From Christensenellaceae bacterium (lineage in GTDB: Bacteria; Bacillota; Clostridia; Christensenellales; Borkfalkiaceae), in assembly GCA_045655805.1 (NCBI GenBank), contig JAZOPZ010000015.1, positions 41,704 to 105,703 of the forward strand: a stretch of DNA of 64,000 nt, in the 5' to 3' direction. Below the pieces are notes generated by a model. That model saw only the letters and a program-made list of their open reading frames with translations. It was not told where the DNA came from and ran no database searches. Of this stretch, positions 57,138-64,000 are shown one piece after another (position 1 is the stretch's first letter; the number at the start of each line of letters is the position of its first letter). The position numbers and the translations under genes are program-made.

Positions 57138-58220
57138 ATGGACGAATTTGTTTTTACGGGTGAAGAAGACCACAAAGGGGTAGAAGCGGAACTTCGCAAA
57201 TGCCCTAATTGTGGTAACAACTTAAAGTTTGACCCAACGACTCAAAAATTAAAGTGTGATTATTGTGATAGCGAAGTTGCTTTCAAACAAAACAGTAATT
57301 ACGTTGAAATTGACATTAGAACGGCTTTAACTACGGGGGCAACCGATTGGAGTGGCGCTGCTCGCGCTTTTCAGTGTGAAAACTGTGGCGCGAAAGTCGT
57401 TTTGGAAAAAACTGCAACTGCTAAAGGCTGTCCGTTTTGTGGCACGGCTCACGTTATTCCTTTAGACCAACAAGTTGGTGTAAGACCTAACGTAGTAGTT
57501 CCGTTTGCTTTAAATAAAGAAAGCGCGACTGAAAAGTTAAAGTTATGGGCGAAGAAAAAGTTATTCGCACCAAGAAAGTTTAAAAAGACTTTCACACCGG
57601 AAAATTTGAACGGCGTATATATGCCTTGCTATACTTACGATTCGCAAACATTTTCTACTTATAATGGTAAAATAGGTAAGCGACATACTCGTACGACGGG
57701 TTCGGGTAAAAATCGTAAGACGGAAACTTACATAGTTTGGCGTTACATAAGTGGTAGTTTTGAAAAGTTCTTTAACGACGTTTTTGTTTCAGCAGGATCT
57801 AAACTTTCTCAAAAAGAATTATCTAAACTCGGCAACTTTTCCGAAAGCAATAATCGTGTTTATGATGATGAATATCTTTTTGGATATATGGCGTACGGTA
57901 GTGAAATTTCCGTTGCTGACGGTTGGGATAAGGCTAAAGACGATATTGACGATATGCTAAAAAAGGCTATCCTTTCTCAATATAATTACGATGTGGTTTC
58001 ATATCTTAACGTAAGCACTAACCACTCAAACGTTACATATAAGTACGTGTTGTTGCCTGTCTACGTGGGCAATTACAAGTACGGCAAAAAGGTTCGTAAC
58101 TACGTTTGTAACGGTATTAACGGTTCGACTACTGGCAAATATCCAGTTTCACCTATTAGGGTTGCCATTGCTTCGCTACTAGGTATTGCTTTGATAGTGG
58201 GGCTATATTTACTATTGTAA
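57138..58220 (+). CDS. Double zinc-ribbon protein with C-terminal membrane anchor (possibly YdjG-like)
   Basis: CPNCG..CDYCD and CENCG..CPFCG pairs. C-terminal TM helix VAIASLLGIALIVGLYLLL. The YdjG-like assignment rests on gene context with the SPFH gene only. Confidence 0.6.
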   Translation: MDEFVFTGEEDHKGVEAELRKCPNCGNNLKFDPTTQKLKCDYCDSEVAFKQNSNYVEIDIRTALTTGATDWSGAARAFQCENCGAKVVLEKTATAKGCPFCGTAHVIPLDQQVGVRPNVVVPFALNKESATEKLKLWAKKKLFAPRKFKKTFTPENLNGVYMPCYTYDSQTFSTYNGKIGKRHTRTTGSGKNRKTETYIVWRYISGSFEKFFNDVFVSAGSKLSQKELSKLGNFSESNNRVYDDEYLFGYMAYGSEISVADGWDKAKDDIDDMLKKAILSQYNYDVVSYLNVSTNHSNVTYKYVLLPVYVGNYKYGKKVRNYVCNGINGSTTGKYPVSPIRVAIASLLGIALIVGLYLLL

Positions 58221-58231
58221 ATCTAAATTTT

Positions 58232-58258
58232 AAAAACGGCAAATTTTTGCCGTTTTTT
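58232..58258 (+). terminator. Intrinsic terminator
   Basis: AAAAACGGCAAA-tt-TTTGCCGTTTTTT. Confidence 0.85.
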
Positions 58259-58310
58259 ATTGCGTTAGATTTGTGTTTGTGAATTCTAATTTACAATAAC
58301 ATTGAGACAC

Positions 58311-58338
58311 TTGACACTTTATGGTTTTTTTGTATAAT
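58311..58338 (+). promoter_or_regulatory. Promoter-like element (TTGACA-16-TGTATAAT) far upstream of rpsJ
   Basis: Consensus hexamers with an extended -10 TG. Confidence 0.5.
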
Positions 58339-58592
58339 CACAGTGTAAATAATTTGTTACTAGATAGGAAATATTAAAAATGAAAGGCTTTTTTGTATTT
58401 TTTAATCAAAAGAAAAAAATTTTAAATTTTTTTTCAATACTTTTGTTTTTGTATAAAAAAAACTATATCTTGTGTTTTGTTGCTTTATTGGTCGCAATAG
58501 GGCAGGTAAAAGCCTAAAAATACACGGTAAAATCAAGCGTTTTTAGCTTGAAAAAAATATTTTAAAAAAGTAAAAAAACGGCTTAAAAACAG

Positions 58593-58621
58593 TTGACATA
58601 ATTTGTTTGGTTATGTATAAT
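58593..58621 (+). promoter_or_regulatory. S10-operon promoter (TTGACA-17-TATAAT)
   Basis: Perfect consensus hexamers 250 nt upstream of rpsJ. Confidence 0.7.
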
Positions 58622-58754
58622 GTAAAGGCTGTGTTAAACTAGGTATGACCCTGGAGGTTACTTTAAACTGCCTAATTTTTAGGTGGAAGTTAATTTCAGG
58701 CGACAATTGTGGTGGCTAGACCATCGCGACTAACTTCGTATAGGGTGTATAGCG

Positions 58755-58802
58755 TCATTCGCAGCGACTTAAAAAAGTTTAAGTATCGGCGGATGATTTT
58801 TT
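58755..58802 (+). promoter_or_regulatory. Possible leader attenuator of the S10 operon
   Basis: TCATTCGC-N26-GCGGATGA (one G-U) followed by TTTTTT, located between the promoter and the rpsJ RBS. Confidence 0.4.
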
Positions 58803-58871
58803 ATTTATAACTCTTGCGACACACACGGCAAAGTTTACACATAAAACGTTAGTATAAAAAGGAGAAACAAA

Positions 58872-59171
58872 ATGGCAAGTCAAAAAATCAGAATTAAACT
58901 CGTATCTTATGATCACGATATGGTAGACCAAGCAGCAGCAAGAATCGTTGAAACGATGAAAAAGGCTGGCGCTAAAATTTCAGGTCCTATTCCTCTTCCT
59001 ACGGAAAAAGAAGTAGTTACTATCTTAAGATCACCACACAAGTATAAAGATAGTCGTGAACAATTCGAAATTAGAACTCACAAAAGACTTATCGATATCT
59101 ATTCGCCAAACGTAAAACTTTTGGACAGCATCCACTTACCAGCAGGCGTTGATATCAAAATCAAACTCTAA
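58872..59171 (+). CDS. rpsJ: 30S ribosomal protein S10
   Basis: [12 protein letters not shown]...SGPIPLPT... motifs. Confidence 0.97.
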   Translation: MASQKIRIKLVSYDHDMVDQAAARIVETMKKAGAKISGPIPLPTEKEVVTILRSPHKYKDSREQFEIRTHKRLIDIYSPNVKLLDSIHLPAGVDIKIKL

Positions 59172-59306
59172 TCAAGGTAAATCGCGGGCAACCGCACAAA
59201 AACAATATAATATATAACCTTAACACAGCAAATCAAGGTTAAAAGGCAAGTGCTTACCTTAAAAGCATGAATTACAAAATATTTTTTAGGAGGATGAACT
59301 TTATCT

Positions 59307-59936
59307 ATGAATAAAGCAATCATTGGCAGAAAACTTGGTATGACCCAATTGTTCGCTGCGGACGGCAAGGTAATTCCTGTAACCGTAGTAGAAGCGGGTC
59401 CATGTCCTATCGTTCAAGTTAAGACGATGGAAAAAGACGGTTACACCGCAGTTAAACTCGGTTTTGACGAAACGGCTGAAAAGAACCTTTCAAAGCCACA
59501 ACTTGGTCAATTCAAGAAAGCAGGTGTTAAACCACAAAAACAATTAAAAGAATTTAGAGTAGCAGACGTTAGTGCTTACGAAGTAGGCAAAGACGTAACC
59601 GTATCGGTTTTCGCTGACGGCGATAAGGTTGACGTAACCGGTATTTCTAAAGGTCACGGTTTCACCGGCGTTATCAAACGTTGGAATCAACACAGATTAA
59701 AAGAAACCCACGGTGTTGGCCCTGTACACAGAGAACCTGGTTCAATGGGTGCAATCAGTAACCCTTCAAAAGTATTTAAGGGTAAAAACTTACCTGGTCA
59801 CTACGGTAGTGAACAAGTAACCGTACAAAATCTCGAAATCGTAAAAGTCGACGTTGAAAGAAACGCACTCTTAATCAAAGGTGCAATTCCGGGTCCTGTA
59901 AAGGGCATCGTAACGATTAAAGCAACCGTTAAATAA
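59307..59936 (+). CDS. rplC: 50S ribosomal protein L3
   Basis: [12 protein letters not shown] start, [13 protein letters not shown] motif. Confidence 0.97.
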   Translation: MNKAIIGRKLGMTQLFAADGKVIPVTVVEAGPCPIVQVKTMEKDGYTAVKLGFDETAEKNLSKPQLGQFKKAGVKPQKQLKEFRVADVSAYEVGKDVTVSVFADGDKVDVTGISKGHGFTGVIKRWNQHRLKETHGVGPVHREPGSMGAISNPSKVFKGKNLPGHYGSEQVTVQNLEIVKVDVERNALLIKGAIPGPVKGIVTIKATVK

Positions 59937-59947
59937 GGAGAAAGAAT

Positions 59948-60571
59948 ATGCAAGTAAAATTATTCGATATGAGCGCTAAAGAAGTTGGCGCATTAGAACT
60001 CAACGATGACTTATTTAACTATGAATACAACGAAGCAGTTATTCATCAAGCAATCGTAACCCGTCTCGCTAACGAAAGACAAGGCACGAAGAGCACTCTC
60101 ACTAGAAGTGAAGTTCGTGGCGGTGGTATTAAGCCTTGGAGACAAAAGGGTACCGGTCGTGCTAGACAAGGTTCAATTCGTTCTCCACAATGGATTCACG
60201 GTGGCGTAGTATTCGCACCAAAGCCACGTGACTTCTCTAAAAAGATGAACGTTACTGCTAAAAGAGTTGCAATGGTTTCAGCATTGTCACAAAAAATTAG
60301 ACAAAACGAAGTTGTTTTCTTGGATGAATTAAAATCTGAAAACGGCAAAACTAAAGACATCGCTAATATGCTTAAAGCGTTCGGTATGGACAAGACGGTT
60401 TTATTCGTAATGGACAACTCTGACGAAATGGTATTAAGAGCGTGTGCAAATATCCAAGCGGTAAGCACTATTCTTGCTGAACAAATCAACACTTACGATA
60501 TCGTTAAGAACGCAAAGGTTGTTATCACCGCTAAGGCTATCAAGAATATCGAGGAGGCGTACGAAGGCTAA
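59948..60571 (+). CDS. rplD: 50S ribosomal protein L4
   Basis: [20 protein letters not shown] motif. Confidence 0.97.
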   Translation: MQVKLFDMSAKEVGALELNDDLFNYEYNEAVIHQAIVTRLANERQGTKSTLTRSEVRGGGIKPWRQKGTGRARQGSIRSPQWIHGGVVFAPKPRDFSKKMNVTAKRVAMVSALSQKIRQNEVVFLDELKSENGKTKDIANMLKAFGMDKTVLFVMDNSDEMVLRACANIQAVSTILAEQINTYDIVKNAKVVITAKAIKNIEEAYEG

Positions 60572-60858
60572 TGAAACACGATATTATCATTAAACCTATC
60601 CTTTCTGAAAAGAGTTACGCAGGCATCGCTGATAAGAAGTACACCTTCGTTGTAGCGAAATCAGCTAACAAAACCGAAATTAAACTCGCTATCGAAGAAA
60701 TTTTCGGTGTAAAGGTAGACAAGGTTAACACCGCTAACGTAGACGGTAAATGGAAGAGAATGGGTATGCATGAAGGTAAAACCCCTGCATACAAAAAGGC
60801 AGTTGTTCAACTTAAAAAGGACAGCAAATCAATCGAATTCTTCGATTCCTTATCTTAA
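60571..60858 (+). CDS. rplW: 50S ribosomal protein L23
   Basis: [10 protein letters not shown] start. Synteny. Confidence 0.96.
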   Translation: MKHDIIIKPILSEKSYAGIADKKYTFVVAKSANKTEIKLAIEEIFGVKVDKVNTANVDGKWKRMGMHEGKTPAYKKAVVQLKKDSKSIEFFDSLS

Positions 60859-60875
60859 TATAGGAGGAATTAAAA

Positions 60876-61703
60876 ATGGCAGTTAAAAGATATAAGCCGA
60901 CTTCGCCTGCGCGTCGTTTTATGACGGTACACGCTTATGACGAAATTACGGCTACTAAACCTGAAAGGTCTCTTCTTGAAGACCAAAGAAAAACCGGTGG
61001 TAGAAACAATACCGGCCGTATTACCGTAAGACACATCGGTGGTGGCAACAGACGTAAATATCGTATTATCGACTTTAAGAGAGATAAGACCGATATCCCT
61101 GCAACCGTTAAAACCATTGAGTACGACCCAAATAGAAGCGCTAACATCGCACTCGTTTGTTATGCTGACGGCGTAAAGAGATATATTCTTGCTCCTGTAG
61201 GTCTTAACGTTGGTGACAAGATTATTTCTTCAACCGAAGCTGATATCAAGGCAGGTAACGCACTTCCACTTGCTAACATCCCAGTTGGTACTATGGTTCA
61301 TAATATTGAAATGCAACCTGGTAAAGGTGGTCAAATCGCACGTTCTGCTGGTATGGCTGCTCAACTTATGGCAAAAGAAGGCAGATACGCAACCATCAAA
61401 ATGCCTTCAGGCGAAATGAGATATATTCTTCTCGCTTGTAAAGCAACCGTTGGTCAAGTTGGTAACCTTGAACACGAAATTATCAGAATTGGTAAAGCCG
61501 GCAAAACCCGTCATATGGGCGTTCGTCCTACCGTTCGTGGTGTGGTTATGAACCCTTGCGATCACCCTCACGGTGGTGGTGAAGGTAAGTCACCTATCGG
61601 TCACCCAAGTCCACTTACTCCATGGGGTAAACCTGCTCTTGGTTATAAGACTAGAAAGAAGAAGAAAGCATCATCAAAGATGATTGTTTCAAGAATAAAT
61701 TAA
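60876..61703 (+). CDS. rplB: 50S ribosomal protein L2
   Basis: [14 protein letters not shown] start, GGGEGKSP motif. Confidence 0.97.
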   Translation: MAVKRYKPTSPARRFMTVHAYDEITATKPERSLLEDQRKTGGRNNTGRITVRHIGGGNRRKYRIIDFKRDKTDIPATVKTIEYDPNRSANIALVCYADGVKRYILAPVGLNVGDKIISSTEADIKAGNALPLANIPVGTMVHNIEMQPGKGGQIARSAGMAAQLMAKEGRYATIKMPSGEMRYILLACKATVGQVGNLEHEIIRIGKAGKTRHMGVRPTVRGVVMNPCDHPHGGGEGKSPIGHPSPLTPWGKPALGYKTRKKKKASSKMIVSRIN

Positions 61704-61719
61704 GGAGGATTAAGGTACT

Positions 61720-61998
61720 ATGTCTAGAAGTGTAAAGAAAGGTCCTTACGTTGAAGAAAGACTTTTGAAAAGAGTTAACGAACTTAACGAAAAGAACGAA
61801 AAGAAAGTATTAAAAACTTGGTCTAGATCGTCCACAATCTTCCCTGAAATGGTCGGTCACACAATCGCAGTATACGACGGCAGAAAGCACGTTCCTGTAT
61901 ACGTAACAGAAGATATGGTTGGTTGCAAACTCGGTGAGTTCGCTCCTACTAGAACGTTTAAGGGCCACGCTGGTTCTAAAACGACTTCAGCAAGATAG
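61720..61998 (+). CDS. rpsS: 30S ribosomal protein S19
   Basis: [11 protein letters not shown] start, [17 protein letters not shown] motif. Confidence 0.97.
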   Translation: MSRSVKKGPYVEERLLKRVNELNEKNEKKVLKTWSRSSTIFPEMVGHTIAVYDGRKHVPVYVTEDMVGCKLGEFAPTRTFKGHAGSKTTSAR

Positions 61999-62009
61999 GA
62001 GGTCTAAAA

Positions 62010-62399
62010 ATGGCTACGAATCAAAGAATTAAAGCGGATAGCATCAAAGAAATTAACAAGAATAAACCTCCTATGGCAGTTGCTAAACACGTTAGAATTT
62101 CACCATATAAGGTAAGAATCGTTCTTAACCTTATTAGAGGTAAAGATTATAAAGAAGCAGTTGCTATTTTAGCAAACACCCCAAAATCAGCATCTGAACC
62201 AATTAAAAAGGTTTTAATGAGTGCTGCTGCTAACGCAGAACACAACAAGGGTATGAGCAAGGACGATTTATTCGTTGCAGAATGCTTTGCTGATCAAGGC
62301 CCAACTCTTAAGAGAGTTCAACCTGTATCAAAGGGCAGAGCATATAGAATCTTAAAGCGCACCAGTCACATCACCGTGATTTTGGATGCTAAAAAGTAA
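62010..62399 (+). CDS. rplV: 50S ribosomal protein L22
   Basis: AKHVRISPYKVRIVLNLIRGK motif. Confidence 0.96.
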   Translation: MATNQRIKADSIKEINKNKPPMAVAKHVRISPYKVRIVLNLIRGKDYKEAVAILANTPKSASEPIKKVLMSAAANAEHNKGMSKDDLFVAECFADQGPTLKRVQPVSKGRAYRILKRTSHITVILDAKK

Positions 62400-62410
62400 G
62401 GAGGTAAATC

Positions 62411-63079
62411 ATGGGACAAAAAGTTAATCCACACGGCTTAAGAGTCGGCGTTATCAAAGATTGGGATACCCAATGGTTTGCGCCTAAAAAGGACATCGCT
62501 AAATATCTTAAAGAAGATTACGATATCCGTACTGCTTTAAAGAAGAAATATTATCAAGCGGCAATCAGCAAAATCGTTATTGAACGTGCCGCACAAAGAC
62601 TTATCATTACTATTCACACCGGCAGACCAGGCGTGCTTATTGGCAAGCAAGGTTCTGAAATTGAAATCATCAAAAACGGCGTGGCAAAACTTACGACCAG
62701 CAAACAAATTTCTATCAATATCGTAGAAGTTAAGAGACCTGACGCAGACGCGCAACTCGTTGCTGAAAGCATTGCTGCACAACTTGAAAAGAGAGTATCT
62801 TTCCGTCGTGCTATGAAGCAATCAATTTCTCGTTCAATGAGAAGTGGTATCAAAGGTATTAAGGTAATGATTAGCGGTAGATTGGACGGCGCGGAAATCG
62901 CTCGTTCAGAAAGTCACCACGAAGGTTCTATTCCTCTTCAAACCTTAAGAGCAGATATTGATTACGGCTTTGCAGAAGCACACACCACTTTCGGTGTAAT
63001 CGGTATCAAGACTTGGGTTTACAAGGGCGAAGTTATCGGTGGTCGCACTAAAAAGAGTGTTGAAGGAGGCCAAGCATAA
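62411..63079 (+). CDS. rpsC: 30S ribosomal protein S3
   Basis: [13 protein letters not shown] start, KH domain. Confidence 0.97.
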   Translation: MGQKVNPHGLRVGVIKDWDTQWFAPKKDIAKYLKEDYDIRTALKKKYYQAAISKIVIERAAQRLIITIHTGRPGVLIGKQGSEIEIIKNGVAKLTTSKQISINIVEVKRPDADAQLVAESIAAQLEKRVSFRRAMKQSISRSMRSGIKGIKVMISGRLDGAEIARSESHHEGSIPLQTLRADIDYGFAEAHTTFGVIGIKTWVYKGEVIGGRTKKSVEGGQA

Positions 63080-63081
63080 TT

Positions 63082-63525
63082 ATGTTGATGCCAAAGAGAG
63101 TTAAAAGAAGAAGAGTACATCGCGGTAGAATGACCGGCAAATGCACTAAGGGTAACACCATTGCATACGGCGAATACGGTCTCGTTGCAATGGAACCTGC
63201 TTGGATTAAATCCAACCAAATTGAAGCAGCGCGTATCGCAATGACCAGATTTATTAAGAGAGGTGGTCAAGTTTGGATCGATATTTTCCCTCACAAACCT
63301 ATCACCAAAAAACCTGCCGATAGCCGTATGGGTAGCGGTAAAGGTTCAGTAGAATATTGGGTAGCAGTTGTTAAACCAGGCAGAGTAATGTTCGAAATGG
63401 CTGGTGTTTCTGAAGAAGTTGCTAAAGAAGCAATGCGTCTTGCAGCACACAAACTCCCAATCAAGACCAAGTTCGTTAAAAAGAGCGACCTTGAAAAAAA
63501 TACTGCAGAAGGAGACGCTGAATAA
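63082..63525 (+). CDS. rplP: 50S ribosomal protein L16
   Basis: [17 protein letters not shown] start. Confidence 0.97.
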   Translation: MLMPKRVKRRRVHRGRMTGKCTKGNTIAYGEYGLVAMEPAWIKSNQIEAARIAMTRFIKRGGQVWIDIFPHKPITKKPADSRMGSGKGSVEYWVAVVKPGRVMFEMAGVSEEVAKEAMRLAAHKLPIKTKFVKKSDLEKNTAEGDAE

Positions 63526-63740
63526 TGAAAGTTAAAGAAATTAAAGAACTCCAAGGCTTGACCGTGGAAGAACTCAACACCAAACTTTCGGAACTCAAGG
63601 AAGAATTATTCAATCTCCGTTTCCAGCTCGCCATTAATCAGCTCGACAATCCTATGCGCATCAGCGAAGTTAAGAAGGATATCGCACGTGTTAAAACCGT
63701 TATTCGCGAAAAAGAACTTCTTGACGCAGCTAAGGCATAA
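63525..63740 (+). CDS. rpmC: 50S ribosomal protein L29
   Basis: [14 protein letters not shown] motif. ATGA overlap with rplP. Confidence 0.95.
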   Translation: MKVKEIKELQGLTVEELNTKLSELKEELFNLRFQLAINQLDNPMRISEVKKDIARVKTVIREKELLDAAKA

Positions 63741-63760
63741 GGAAGAGGGAGGGTAATCGA

Positions 63761-64000
63761 ATGAGCGAAAGAAACCTTCGTAAGACCAGAGTTGGTAAGG
63801 TTGTAAGCAACAAAATGGAAAAAACCGTTGTAGTTGCTATTGAAGACAACGTAAAGCACCCCCTCTACAAGAAGATTATTAAGAACACTATCAGACTTAA
63901 GGCACATGATGAGAATAACACCTGTGGCTTAGGCGACAAGGTTCTTATTATGGAAACAAGACCTCTCTCCAAGGATAAGAATTGGCGTGTGGTTGAGATT
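63761..64000 (+). CDS. rpsQ: 30S ribosomal protein S17 (partial, runs off the right edge)
   Basis: Not in the ORF track because there is no stop in the window. The ATG at 63761 follows GGGAGGG. Translation [29 protein letters not shown]...[20 protein letters not shown]. Confidence 0.93.
   Translation, partial: MSERNLRKTRVGKVVSNKMEKTVVVAIEDNVKHPLYKKIIKNTIRLKAHDENNTCGLGDKVLIMETRPLSKDKNWRVVEI

Noticed and set aside
58380-58517. 45-codon hydrophobic ORF (MKGFFVFFNQKKKILNFF...) downstream of the distal rpsJ-upstream promoter.
   Set aside because: The region is extremely AT-rich, so such ORFs arise by chance. It has a weak RBS and homopolymer-driven codons.
59172-59306. 135-nt rpsJ-rplC spacer with a hairpin (AACCTT-N13-AAGGTT), considered as a regulatory RNA.
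   Set aside because: It is longer than usual, but I see no terminator, conserved motif or ORF. The evidence is insufficient.

Overview
Low-GC (about 40%) Bacillota/Clostridia-like chromosomal segment, mostly core genes on the + strand. Main blocks: obg-yhbY-nadD/yqeK-rsfS; FMN riboswitch-ribU; tsaE-tsaB-rimI; murF-like and ddl; spoIVFA/B-like pair; rpmG-secE-nusG-rplKAJL; clpB behind two CIRCE operators; rpsB-tsf-pyrH-frr-uppS-cdsA-dxr-rseP; gdhA; tRNA-Leu/tRNA-Gly; and the S10 operon from rpsJ to a partial rpsQ. The left edge (1-~950) carries the start of a rolling-circle Rep gene, an iteron/hairpin origin-like region and a degenerate tRNA-like sequence. The most unusual content is non-coding. 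(1) Two inverted, about 340-nt, hairpin-dense elements (50677-51048 and 53896-54268) are near-identical except for a roughly 75-nt centre, where three hairpins are replaced by different hairpins. Each copy is closed by a different A-run/stem...stem/T-run, and together they bracket a 2.8-kb four-gene cassette next to two frameshifted genes. (2) A roughly 24-nt dispersed repeat (AACGGTATCGTGAAARTTGACCGT) is present in at least 9 copies. (3) A 140-bp tandem duplication includes the 3' end of tRNA-Leu. (4) A 32-nt direct-repeat module lies between rseP and gdhA. I cannot name a known family for any of these from sequence alone. No CRISPR array, transposase, integrase or recognisable defence gene lies in the window.
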